From: Tubiluchus corallicola
Lineage: Eukaryota; Animalia; Priapulida
Assembly (NCBI GenBank): GCA_030141605.1
Contig: JAQGDQ010001855.1
Span: 1-23,283 of the forward strand
DNA: 23,283 nucleotides
Reading direction: 5' to 3'
A program made the position numbers and the translations under genes. This document shows positions 11,068 through 22,494 of the stretch, one piece after another (positions within the stretch are counted from its first letter, which is position 1; every line of letters begins with the position of its first letter). The notes below the pieces were generated by a model. It ran no database searches. It was not told the origin of the DNA and was given only the letters and a program-made list of their open reading frames with translations.

Positions 11068-11214
11068 TTTGAATAAACGGTGAAAGTTTGTTTGTCTTTC
11101 TTGTGAGTTGCATTACAAGTGTGTAAACAATAAATATGTTCCTGGCTATAATCATGTTATACTGTACACGTGATTAGAGTTACCAAAAGTTTTGTTTCTG
11201 ATCTAAGACCGAGG

Positions 11215-11710
11215 CAGGTGCGGCTTGTGCATGGGTACCGTGGAACTGCAGCGCCCCCTATTTTCACTCAACATTATCGATAATATTCAATATAATAAGT
11301 CTTTTTTCTTTAGTTCTTTCTTTATACTTGTCCAGAGCACGTGAGGGTAGTACTGTTTGCTTCACAGCTCCAGCAACATGATGTTTGGCTGTTGAGCGCA
11401 CATGTCTGAGCCCAGGTAGAGAAAGTACTGTCGCACACACAGTTTGTTGTCAGTTGTCACGTGGTTACCGTCAATGGATCAAAGTTGAACTGCGACAATT
11501 TAGGCTATTAGTAAGCAAAAAATATTTTTTGTTTAGGATTTTATCAAGTTTACGTATAAACTTTCATACGTTTGTTTGTTTAAAATTACAATTACAAATT
11601 ACAACATTAATATTACATATGTTTGTTACATTCTACACAATATTAAAACAATGGCTAAACCATTTCTAAAAAGCAGCACCCCCAGTAATTTTAGCATAGG
11701 GCTGCCACTG
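11215..11710. mobile_element. Possible degraded hAT-like MITE
   Basis: Ends caggtgcggcttgtgc ... gcatagggctgccactg with an internal gcagc(g/a)ccccc motif near both ends; no convincing 8-bp target duplication. Confidence 0.35.
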
Positions 11711-11888
11711 GACTTGTCTGGCCTTTCGTGCAAGATGTAAGCATTTGATAAACTCGGATAGATTTAACTTAGGCAACCGAACTCTACGCTTTTATGCAAC
11801 ATGTTTTACCAGTAATTTTATGCACAAGCCGCCACTCCCAACTTCTACAAGAATTTTAGTTGAATGTTTAAATTTCAATTTTAAATGT

Positions 11889-11891
11889 CGA

Positions 11892-11922
<31 letters not shown>

Positions 11923-11936
11923 GATGATAATAATAA
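11889..11936. repeat. (GAT)n/(AAT)n microsatellite
   Basis: Seen directly. Confidence 0.85.
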
Positions 11937-12109
11937 TTTCAACTACGACCCGCCACTGATGTGTACCAATATTTCACTGTCTTTTGCGATGATCTATGAT
12001 ATTCAATGAAAATTTGTTGCAAAATATGCGTGAAGACAACCACTACTGCCGACGTCAGCAGCTGATACCTAGAGCATCTCAATTCAAACACGTCACAACC
12101 GTTACTTAC

Positions 12110-12258
12110 GGATTCCAGCCCAGGTCAGCCGGATTTATGTACAGGATTCCGGCTCTGGATACGGTGGCCGGAGTAGCCGTCCGTAAGTTGCTAATCTCAA
12201 ATAATAATCTCATGTGTGTGGTCAGCGCTATACGTTCGTTACTGGCCAGTGTCAACAC
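12110..12258 (-). CDS. DNAH9/DNAH17-like: Dynein heavy chain exon 7: [50 protein letters not shown]
   Basis: Acceptor gtttag|GTG and donor CC|gtaagt; 149 nt, ends in phase 2; [10 protein letters not shown] motif. Confidence 0.95.
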
Positions 12259-12707
12259 CTAAACAACAGAATGAATCAATATTTCATGGTAAATGCTTTA
12301 CATTTCGAACTACGAAATGTTTATGCTTTTTTTTCTATTTTTTCTGAGAGAATCATTTCACAGAAAGGAAATTATGAAAGGAATTTCAAAATCTTCTTAA
12401 GACACGAGAAACGCTATTCATAAATAAAGCTTAAAATATCCGTCTTGAAGTTTTATAGCATGTAAGTGCCGTCTTATTGCACAAAGGGCTTGCATTAACA
12501 GTAACGCTGTACGAAACTTGTAAATTTAAACTCCTGCAATGACCATTAGGTTTGAAGCACGTTTAGACATTGCGTAAAGTTTGAAAAAATAGCACACATT
12601 TCACTAGACGAATTTGCCCAGAACAGTGTATGATTTTATATGAACTAACATTGATTGTCTGTCTTTTAATATGATGCTCAATGTTTTAAAATGGCAAATA
12701 AAGATTT

Positions 12708-13099
<392 letters not shown>

Positions 13100-13482
13100 G
13101 TAAGCAAAAGAATAGTTACTGTATTTTGTTCATAAAGATTAAAAATACATTTTTTGGTGAGTCAGTGGCTCACACTGAGAAAGTAAGTCCGAGCCATTTC
13201 ACCAGGTGGCGCAAATGTGTAAAATTACTAAGAATTTCTTTTCCAATTACAAAAACTTTTCAAACAGGGAAGCGTAATTTTAAGTAATATAACCTGCATG
13301 GAAAGTTTTAAAATCCTGGCAGCCTGGAGTATTAGATATTTTTTGATAGAGAAAGTAGACAGATGAAATGAATAAATAATTAACATTTACAAAATAATGA
13401 ATAAATAATCAAATAAATTGAATTAAGAAGCCAAAAATGAAGCCAGTTAAATCAGGATTACAAAATGGATGGAAATACGAAC

Positions 13483-13671
13483 TTTGTTGTCGTCCATGAC
13501 TGTGTTGAGAGACTCGATCCACATCGGATCGATGTCTCCGTCCAGCAAAATCCACTTTGGTCCGTCGTGGGTGAGCTGAGCCTGTTCGCGCATGATGACG
13601 GAGAATAGTCCGTCCTTCCATTCACGCGTGGATGGATTTATAACTCCAAATAGTTCGTCGTTAGTTACCAC
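13483..13671 (-). CDS. DNAH9/DNAH17-like: Dynein heavy chain exon 6 (AAA2): [63 protein letters not shown]
   Basis: Acceptor gtgcag|GTG and donor AAA|gttcgt; 189 nt; conserved [20 protein letters not shown]. Confidence 0.95.
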
Positions 13672-13925
13672 CTGCACAAAGTAAAGTTGTGCTTTGTATA
13701 AGATTTGGCACAATGGAGGTGATCATCTGAAATGTCATGTTGTGTGCTTAGCAACCATAGTTAAACAAAGCCTAGCCCGGTCTGTAAATGAGTGGTTACC
13801 ACCTGCACAAAGTAAAGTTGTGCTTTGTATAAGATTTGGCACAATGGAGGTGATCATGTGAAATGTCATGTTGTGTGCTTAGCAACCATAGTTAAACAAA
13901 GCCTAGCCCGGTCTGTAAATGAGTG
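13664..13925. repeat. 131-bp tandem duplication (2 copies) spanning the exon 6 splice acceptor
   Basis: gttaccacctgcacaaagtaaag...gtaaatgagtg at 13664-13794 and 13795-13925; one mismatch seen (catctga versus catgtga). Confidence 0.93.
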
Positions 13926-13982
13926 GTGACCAACAGAAAACCGCTACACACGTTTCCCGCTCACTAAATGGACTGCTTTATT

Positions 13983-14115
13983 GGTTCTTTTTCTGACTAA
14001 CAGATGGCGCCATAACGGTTCTTTTTCTGACTAACAGAAGGTGCCATAACGGTTCTTTTTCTGACTAACAGATGGCGCCATAACGGTTCTTTTTCTGACT
14101 AACAGATGGCGCCAT
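13983..14115. repeat. 34-bp minisatellite (ggttctttttctgactaacagatggcgccataac), about 3.9 copies
   Basis: Starts at 13983, 14017, 14051 and 14085. Confidence 0.93.
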
Positions 14116-14432
14116 TATGTTAAATTATCAATAACCTATCAAACTTTAGGCTGACATGTTTTATCTTTCGAAATGTGCGAGGCTGAAAAAATTCTCCATT
14201 AACTATTAACGTTATAAGCATATCAATTTAATGTCATTCGTAACAATTTAGTTTTTATTATAAGCAGTACTAACACTAATACACTGTAGCATGGCGCTTA
14301 TAAAAATGTTCATCACTAACCAAAGGGCAGCTGACTAGATGACCAATTGGTTTTTCGCTGCCCTTTCTTCACATTTTTGTTTCCAAATTAATTGTATTAT
14401 AACTGTGCGTGTGTTAAAAGATAAATAAAAAA

Positions 14433-14482
14433 GATTATTATCATTATTGTTATTGTCATTGTCATTGTTATTGTTATTGTTA

Positions 14483-14543
<61 letters not shown>

Positions 14544-14603
14544 CACTATCACTATCACTATCACTATCACTATCACTATCACTATCACTATCACTATCAT
14601 TAA

Positions 14604-14660
<57 letters not shown>
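14433..14660. repeat. Compound microsatellite (TTGTTA)n-(TAT)n-(CACTAT)n-(TAT)n
   Basis: Seen directly. Confidence 0.93.
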
Positions 14661-14922
14661 GAACAAATTGTTGAACAGTTAAAATAGCTAACGGAATAAC
14701 TAATGTTTCGACTAATTTATGCAATCACTTCGGAATAAGGATTTCTCAAAGCAGCTAGGCGACTGATTATAATCAGCAAAGCGTTACTTAATTAGCAATT
14801 AAAATGCAGTGCAACTATGAACTAAGCGAAACAGCCAGAGGGCGCAAACTGAGGCTAAACATTCTCTTCAAGTTTAATAGCAAAGTAGCAAAGGCCCCAC
14901 GAGAAATATTACGTATAAATAC

Positions 14923-15858
14923 GCGAACATTGTTATAATCAATAATACGCGAACATCTACATAGCGAACATTGTTATAATCAATAATACGCGAACATCTA
15001 CATAGCGAACATTGTTATAATCAATAATACGCGAACATCTACATAGCGAACATTGTTATAATCAATAATACGCGCACATCTACATAGTGAACATTGTTAT
15101 AATCAATAATACGCGAACATCTACATGGCGAACATTGTTATAATCAATAATACGCGCACATCTACATAGCGAACATTGTTATAATCAATAATACGCGAAC
15201 ATCTACATAGCGAACATTGTTATAATCAATAATACGCGAACATCTACATAGCGAACATTGTTATAATCAATAATATGCGAACATCTACATAGCGAACATT
15301 GTTATAATCAATAATACGCGAACATCTACATAGCGAACATTGTTATAATCAATAATACGCGAACATCTACATAGCGAACATTGTTATAATCAATAATACG
15401 CGCACATCTACATAGTGAACATTGTTATAATCAATAATACGCGAACATCTACATGGCGAACATTGTTATAATCAATAATACGCGCACATCTACATAGCGA
15501 ACATTGTTATAATCAATAATACGCGAACATCTACATGGTGAACATTGTTATAATCAATAATACGCGAACATCTACATAGCGAACATTGTTATAATCAATA
15601 ATACGCAAACATCTACATAGCGAACATTGTTATAATCAATAATACGCGAACATCTACATAGTGAACATTGTTATAATCAATAATACGCGAACATCTACAT
15701 AGTGAACATTGTTATAATCAATAATACGCGAACATCTACATAGTGATGTTATAATCAATAATACGCGAACATCTACATAGTGAACATTGTTATAATCAAT
15801 AATACGCGAACATCTACATAGTGATGTTATAATCAATAATATGCAAACATCTACATAG
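14923..15858. repeat. 41-bp minisatellite (gcgaacattgttataatcaataatacgcgaacatctacata), about 23 copies
   Basis: Starts at 14923, 14964 and so on; each unit contains two gcgaacat sub-repeats. Confidence 0.96.
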
Positions 15859-16419
15859 TCCTCATCTGTAACACAAAGCCAGCAGCAGCTATTACTGAAG
15901 CAAAATTTCAGGCAGAGTATAATGGAAAGACGTCAAAACAATGAAAATGTCACCGTAGCTTGCCCAACATGGAACCTCCGATCAACTCATCGCCACTCCT
16001 TTCGGAATGTAAATGTAACACACATCATCGTGTAGCCCTGTTCCTCCTCTTTCTAATGAGCCATATCCCTCTTTCCGAGAGTCCCACCAGGCACCGCTAG
16101 GACGTTTTTCCTACAGGCTGTTTGGCCAAAATTTCGAAAAAATCGGGAGTTGGGTCCGTTACGGGATACGGTGGCTCTCCCGCCCACTACACCCACTGTT
16201 GAACGGGCCATGAAACCATTACCACCACCACCATTCCAGCCACGTTCCCGTTCAACAGAAATAAGAGGCATAAATTTTGCAATTTTTGAGAAAGAATTGT
16301 CAAGAAGGGGCCATTTTTGAAAGTTTTTCGCAGCCGAACTTCATCCCGGTGGGTCCGATTGGAAAAATAAACCCTCGGCGAGGTGACATACATCGAGACA
16401 TTTCGTTTGACATACAACA

Positions 16420-16420
<1 letters not shown>

Positions 16421-16451
<31 letters not shown>

Positions 16452-16456
16452 ATATA
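16421..16456. repeat. (TA)n(TG)n microsatellite
   Basis: Seen directly. Confidence 0.85.
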
Positions 16457-16857
16457 AGACTCAGTTTTTAATCTATTATTTAATTATCAGAAACACTTTT
16501 GCAGTATTAATTGTGTTAATCTACCTTTGGTGAATCAGTGGTGCACACTGGGATAGCGATGCAGCGCCGTTTCACCAACTGATGCGAATATTTTAAATTA
16601 GCAATAATTTTCGTTTCCAGTTACTTAAGTCTTTCAAACAAGTAAGTGAAGTGCTATGTAACTTTGTACGTAAGTTTTTCGGAATATACTTTGTACATAT
16701 GTATATATATATATATATATGTAGAAATTAATATATAAAGACACTTTCTACAAACGATTGAAACACCTTTAAACTAACGACTAGTTATTCTGCAAAAATG
16801 TGGCATTAGCGAGTTTTATTTCGCGATAAACTTAAAGCGACGTAAAACGAAACATAC

Positions 16858-17007
16858 CTTAGGGTTCAAATCGTTCACAGACGGTCGCATTTTCAGGTTC
16901 TGGTAAGTCTTAAACAACGTCTTCCACACTTGGGTCTTTCCCGTTCCGGCGTTTCCGACGATGAACACCGAGTGTCGCACTTGCAGCAGCTCCTGAAGCT
17001 GTACGAT
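16858..17007 (-). CDS. DNAH9/DNAH17-like: Dynein heavy chain exon 5 (AAA2 P-loop): IVQLQELLQVRHSVFIVGNAGTGKTQVWKTLFKTYQNLKMRPSVNDLNPK
   Basis: Acceptor ctgtag|ATC and donor AAG|gtatgt; 150 nt; Walker A GNAGTGKT. Not in the ORF track. Confidence 0.95.
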
Positions 17008-17080
17008 CTACAGAAATAAAACAAACGAAAACGAGTTAATCGTGTGAAATTAAGAAAAGATTTACCCACGCTGCATTAAT

Positions 17081-17336
17081 GCAAAACTGGACCTAATCTT
17101 AAACTGTAGGTCAAAACAATCTACTCTTTAAAATGTTGAAAGGAAACATACTATTTTTTCAAAAACGACTTACGTGAAAGAATTATTACCACACAAACAC
17201 AATTTGAGGTTTGCGTTTTGCCACTCGATAGTTAGCACGACGGGCACTAGCGCCTGCATTTCGGAAAGCGTTGCACAAAAAACAGGTGCTGTACCTCTGA
17301 GTTCAGACATGGTAACTGTGAAGTACTACATGTTCA
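17081..17336 (-). repeat. Dispersed repeat family B, copy B
   Basis: Direct match to 21441-21566 (both ORFs start with KELLPHKHN) and inverted match to 10821-11067. Confidence 0.8.
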
Positions 17337-17593
<257 letters not shown>

Positions 17594-17712
17594 TACAGAG
17601 GTAAATTTGAAATTAAAAAATTTTTATCTTAAAAGTTGTTCCGTAGTGAAAGGGTTAAAGTCCCTTTTATTCTCCTTTGAGTAATTAAATAATATTTTAG
17701 TAAATACACTAC

Positions 17713-17907
17713 CTTGAGAATGAAGCCATCTTCGGGCTGAAGAGACAAATCCAGAGTAGATTTCTTCACGGTTTTCTCGAACTCCATGTCCCTCTTTCTC
17801 GGCACGTTCAGAGCGGGAAACAGGTCTCCGATTAAACCCATGAAGACGGGAATGTCGTCCGTGACGATTTTGGGAATGTTGAAGTCTCGCAGCGCTCGCA
17901 TCAGCAC
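17713..17907 (-). CDS. DNAH9/DNAH17-like: Dynein heavy chain exon 4: [65 protein letters not shown]
   Basis: Acceptor taacag|GTG and donor AAG|gtagtg; 195 nt; conserved RALRDFN-PK...GLIGDLFP. Confidence 0.95.
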
Positions 17908-17965
17908 CTGTTACAAGAAAACCTCACAGGAGCGCACTTACGTAACGCGATATTTCGAAGGGCTA

Positions 17966-18716
17966 TGGGTTCAAAACTAGCAATAAAAAAAATATTTTTT
18001 TTGAAAAGTAGGAAACTCAAAACAGCATGGATTCATCATTTCCACGCACCCAATCCACATGACACGGACACAACTACTCATCCACTATTGGTTCATCCAC
18101 TCATCCACTAATCATCTTGGGTTCAAAACTAGCAATAAAAAATATTTTTTTTTAAAAGTAGGAAATTGAAAACAGCATGGATTGATCATTTCCATGTGCC
18201 CAATCCACATGACATTGATGCAACTACTCATCCACTCATCCACTAATTATCTTGGGTTCAAAACTAGCAATAAAAAAAATATTTTTTTTGAAAAGTAGGA
18301 AACTCAAAACAGCATGGATTCATCATTTCCACGCACCCAATCCACATGACACGGACACAACTACTCATCCACTATTGGTTCATCCACTCATCCACTAATC
18401 ATCTTGGGTTCAAAACTAGCAATAAAAAATATTTTTTTTTAAAAGTAAGAAATTGAAAACAGCATGGATTGATCATTTCCATGTGCCCAATCCACATGAC
18501 ATTGATGCAACTACTCATCCACTCATCCACTAATTATCTTGGGTTCAAAACTAGCAATAAAAAAAATATTTTTTTTGAAAAGTAGGAAACTCAAAACAAC
18601 ATGGATTCGTCATTTCCACGCACCCAATCCACGTGACACAGATACAACTACTCATCCACTGGCGTTCATCCACTCATCCACTAATTATCTTGGGTTCAAA
18701 ACTAGCAATAAAAAAT
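17966..18716. repeat. Tandem repeat with alternating 152- and 135-bp monomers (287-bp dimer)
   Basis: tgggttcaaaactagc starts at 17966, 18118, 18253, 18405, 18540 and 18691. Confidence 0.94.
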
Positions 18717-19206
18717 ACACGCGCTAACTACAATACGAACAGGCAAACAAACAAACAGGATCGTCGAACATGTGACCACTTTGTCAACAAACCTTTTCAC
18801 AATTCCAGTGATTGATGATGATCGTGAAAAGGTCAAAGGTTAAGTGTACCAGACAACGCATTTGTGTACACTTGACAACGCATCGCAGCCCAAGCTATTG
18901 TAATAGTAACAGCTTTAACAGCTAGCTAGAACCTTACCTAGTTCATTTTTTCTTGTTCCCAAGTAAGATCCTGCTAGTAAATCACTCTACGCACAGACTA
19001 TTGCATAAATAAGTAGTATCCACGTAGAACAACCGAAGTTACTGAACTGATGCAGCAGACAGTTTTGCTTTATCCACATGTCACGTGGCGGTTGCGGCTA
19101 AGACGCGTTACAGTGGTACACTTAACCATTGACCTACAGCAACTGCGCGTACGCACAACGAAAGCGTGCAAAGGCTTATTCTTGCCGTTTAAACGGCAAC
19201 GGTTAC

Positions 19207-19299
19207 CTGATCTTCCGGGCGTTCCTTGTCCGACCGTTTCAACGACCCGGCAACCACCAGCACGGACTTGATGGCCCTCAGACCCCAATCGTAGTGATC
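19207..19299 (-). CDS. DNAH9/DNAH17-like: Dynein heavy chain exon 3: [31 protein letters not shown]
   Basis: Acceptor ccgtag|GAT and donor CAG|gtaacc; 93 nt; HYDWGLRA motif at the end of AAA1. Confidence 0.95.
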
Positions 19300-19650
19300 C
19301 TACGGAATACAGACACGACATTACTGGATATGACTGGAAATCAGGATAAGGAGAATAGAATAGAACAAAAGTTTAAACAACGTTAGACCTCGTTAATAAA
19401 CGGATGGGAAAAATTGCTCTTGTATAGTAACATTACCCTATTTCTTCCAGCATTTTTCTCCTGCTGAGGAGGCACCTATAATTCCTTAGGACCTACAGGG
19501 ACCCTGACCCTATAAAAGTCGCCTAGACAATCTGAGAGTTCAGCGACTAATCTCAGTAATTTATTCTTAGTATCAAGCTAGATTCTGGTCTTTCCACAGG
19601 CATCTTCCAGTGTGCCAAACCGTATACAATGTGTTCTATAAGCTGTCGAC

Positions 19651-20467
19651 TAGGGCAGTAACAGTACACCTTTGTCACGATACGATACACGTCAAGATAG
19701 TATCCTCACGATGAGACACGTATCACGATAAACCTGAGTTAACGTTTGCAGGCTTCATAGAAAAACTAGATAAAGCCATTGATAATAAATACTAAGCATA
19801 TTACCAAATGAAGCCATTGATAATAAATGCTAAGCATATTACCAGATGAAGCCATTGATAATAAATGCTAAACATATTACCAGATGAAGCCATTGATAAT
19901 AAATGCTAAACATATTGCCAGATGAAGCCATTGATAATAAGTGCTAAACATATTACCAGATGAAGCCATTGATAATAAATGCTAAGCATATTACCAGATG
20001 AAGCCATTGATAATAAATGCTAAGCATATTTTATCAATCAAACAGTTGGATTTCTATTTATTTACTTGTATGATGCATCGACTATTGTTTGCATTGTAAG
20101 CCACCAGAAGAACAAAACTTTTCGATACTTTAGGTTTAAAAATTGCTTGTACATTTTCTGGTTCATTTTTACCATTTCACAAGTTTATATGTAAACAAAA
20201 TAGTTAACCTACTACAGATTAAACATCTTGTATTTTGAACCAATTTGGCTACTAGTAGTACCAGTGTTAAGTCAACTACTGCTCATTGCACTGATTGTTA
20301 CGTATCTACAGTAAACTCTTTCCCCCCTCTCTCTCTCTCCCTCCCTCCCGAAAACCAAAGTTTTCGTTTCAGTAACATCCCTGGATGCGGACACATTTTG
20401 ATGATACGTTTATCGTGTTAAAAGATACGACGATGCATCGATACAATGTATAATCACAGGCTCACTA
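19651..20467. mobile_element. Possible old hAT-like non-autonomous element enclosing the 38-bp array
   Basis: TAG...CTA ends with clusters of (c)gatac/tatc motifs at 19678-19729 and 20403-20444; TIR is degenerate and there is no target duplication. Confidence 0.4.
19773..20030. repeat. 38-bp minisatellite (aagccattgataataaatgctaagcatattaccagatg), about 6.8 copies
   Basis: Starts at 19773, 19811 and so on. Confidence 0.94.
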
Positions 20468-20546
20468 GTGAGCAAACAAAAATTGCGCTTAAAAATAATT
20501 AGGAAGTTATAATTAAACAGATTCTGCAGATTTACATATTTTAAAA

Positions 20547-20791
20547 CAGGGGTGCGCAAATTGCGGCCCGCCGAGAGAATTTGTGCGGCCCGCGAAGAGA
20601 TTTGTTAACCTAATGAAAGTGCGGCCCGGGCGATTAATTGAGTGTATCCAGCTGAAGTCCGTGCCACGATCCCAAAGATAGTGCGGGTAGGCCTTTCTGT
20701 ACTTGGCTCCTTGATCAAACTGCCTGTGGCCCGCAGGAATTGCGGGAAAGTTTAATTTCACCCGGCTAGTCAGATAATTTGCACACCCCTG
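20547..20791. mobile_element. hAT (Charlie-like) MITE, 245 bp
   Basis: 16-bp TIR caggggtgcgcaaatt / aatttgcacacccctg (15/16 match); 8-bp flanks ttttaaaa and tttgaaaa (7/8 match); repeated subterminal gcggcccg motifs. Confidence 0.85.
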
Positions 20792-20842
20792 TTTGAAAAA
20801 CACTTAAAATAGTATCTATTTGCATGTTTTAACAAATCAGAC

Positions 20843-20981
20843 CTGTTTAGACAGTAACTCCCTGCACAATGTATACAGAGTGATGAATTTCCTTGCAAGG
20901 AGTCGGGCTTCTTGGAATCCCTCGGCGACCAACATGATTTCACAAATCAACTCAAAGTCCGGAACCACCATGGCACATGGC
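20843..20981 (-). CDS. DNAH9/DNAH17-like: Dynein heavy chain exon 2: (R)[46 protein letters not shown]
   Basis: Acceptor cggtag|G and donor CAG|gtctga; 139 nt; completes the Arg codon from the previous exon. Not in the ORF track. Confidence 0.95.
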
Positions 20982-21162
20982 CTACCGAAAAAGCATACAT
21001 TGTAAGAGCTTAAGCAAAGTCCATGTTCCGCAAAGTTGGGCTACTAGAATGTGGTAAGTAAAGTTATTAACGTTAGTATATATATATTAATAACTTAACT
21101 TATATGTATGTGTATATACGATTGGTTCACATACGATCAAATTAGGACAGTTACAGAGAAAA

Positions 21163-21335
21163 TATAACACAACATAACGCAATGTAACGTAATGTAACAT
21201 ATCATATCACAACACAACTCAACTCAACACAACACAACACAACACAAGGCAATGCAACGCAACATAACATAACATAACACAACACAACACAACACAACAC
21301 AACACAACACAACACAACACAACATAACATAACAT
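21163..21335. repeat. Pentanucleotide (AACAC/AACAT)n microsatellite
   Basis: Seen directly; degenerate at the left end. Confidence 0.9.
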
Positions 21336-21440
21336 TACAGTTCAGTGTTGTGACTTGCGATATTAGCAACCTAGGACTCGTTGCCCTAGGAGATAGAGGA
21401 CCCAGTTGGGAATAATTGCTGTCAAGAAGATACTGTTAAA

Positions 21441-21606
21441 GCAAAATTGGACCCAATCTCAAACTGCAGGTCAAAACAATCTACTCTTTAAAATATTGAA
21501 AGGAAACATACTATTTCTTTCAAAAATGACTTACGTGAAAGAATTATTACCACACAAACACAATTTCACGTTCGCGCCACTAGTTCTTCACTTGCATTTT
21601 GCAGTA
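21441..21606 (-). repeat. Dispersed repeat family B, copy C
   Basis: tttcacgttcgcgccactagttcttc is the reverse complement of gaagaactagtggcgcgaacgtgaaa near 10925; also matches 17081-17206. Confidence 0.8.
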
Positions 21607-22180
21607 CAGTGTTCCTTCACTTATCGCGGGTGGGCCTGGATACTGTACTTATGTAATCAGCAGATCAAACAATTACTTGTGGTGTATTAGAAACTGTATT
21701 AACCTAGTTTCTAAGTGGTCACTATTAATTTCATATATTTGCATAGCGCTTATTATCGAGCTGGTTGCGCAACTGCTTGTTGTGTAATACCTTGCGCCTG
21801 TTCGTTATGTGGCACTTATATAAAGCAACACAGTAACTGCCTGTGGTGTGTTATAAAATGCACCCTTTACATGAATATGAAAGTCTACACATTTTCCGAG
21901 AAGAATAAGAATTTTTTTCTAAAATTTGATGCCTCTCAAACTTTGGCACCCTAGCCTATAGCCTAGTTAGCCTATTGGTCAACGTGAAAATGACCACTAG
22001 TGGCTGAAATGTTGGAGATGTTTGTGTTTAACAAAAAGTCACGTTTAAGTAAGTGCTGGCTGTTATTTTTAATGTCTGTAGCACACTAACACAAACGGAC
22101 ACTTTACGACCAACAAAAAAATAAAAAATTATTTAAGAAATGATAACTACTCTTAGCTCGACACGGGGGAGCAATCGTAC

Positions 22181-22338
22181 CTGAACAGTGCCTTCAAGTT
22201 CTCGGGTAGTTCCGTACGACCAGCGTAGCCGGGGTTCATCGTAATGAATAGTCCCACAGAGGGGGTCAGGGAGATCTCTTGACCCATGAAATCAAATCTC
22301 TTCTTCTTGTCTCTGATTGCGTCCTGCACGCACTTGAC
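22181..22338 (-). CDS. DNAH9/DNAH17-like: Dynein heavy chain exon 1 of window (AAA1): [53 protein letters not shown]
   Basis: Acceptor tgcag|GTC and donor AG|gtacga; 158 nt, ends in phase 2; conserved [11 protein letters not shown] motif. Confidence 0.95.
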
Positions 22339-22494
22339 CTGCAATGATTACAGATATTTATGTGCATGATTCTTCTGATGGTGCAGTGACTCATCCTGGA
22401 AGAAATAAACTAGAATCCACAGCCAATTACATTAAATACAAACTGTTCATTTCTAGATTACAGCTTACAGTAAGCCAGACTTCACAAAAACTGA

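Noticed and set aside
13983-14115. Repeated ttttctgactaacag resembling a branch point plus acceptor
   Set aside because: It is on the plus strand, antisense to the dynein transcript, and I found no plus-strand exons to use it.
21945-21980. gcctagttagcctat fragment resembling the reverse complement of the 17337 MITE end
   Set aside because: Only about 15 bp, with no TIR or partner end; not enough to call an element.
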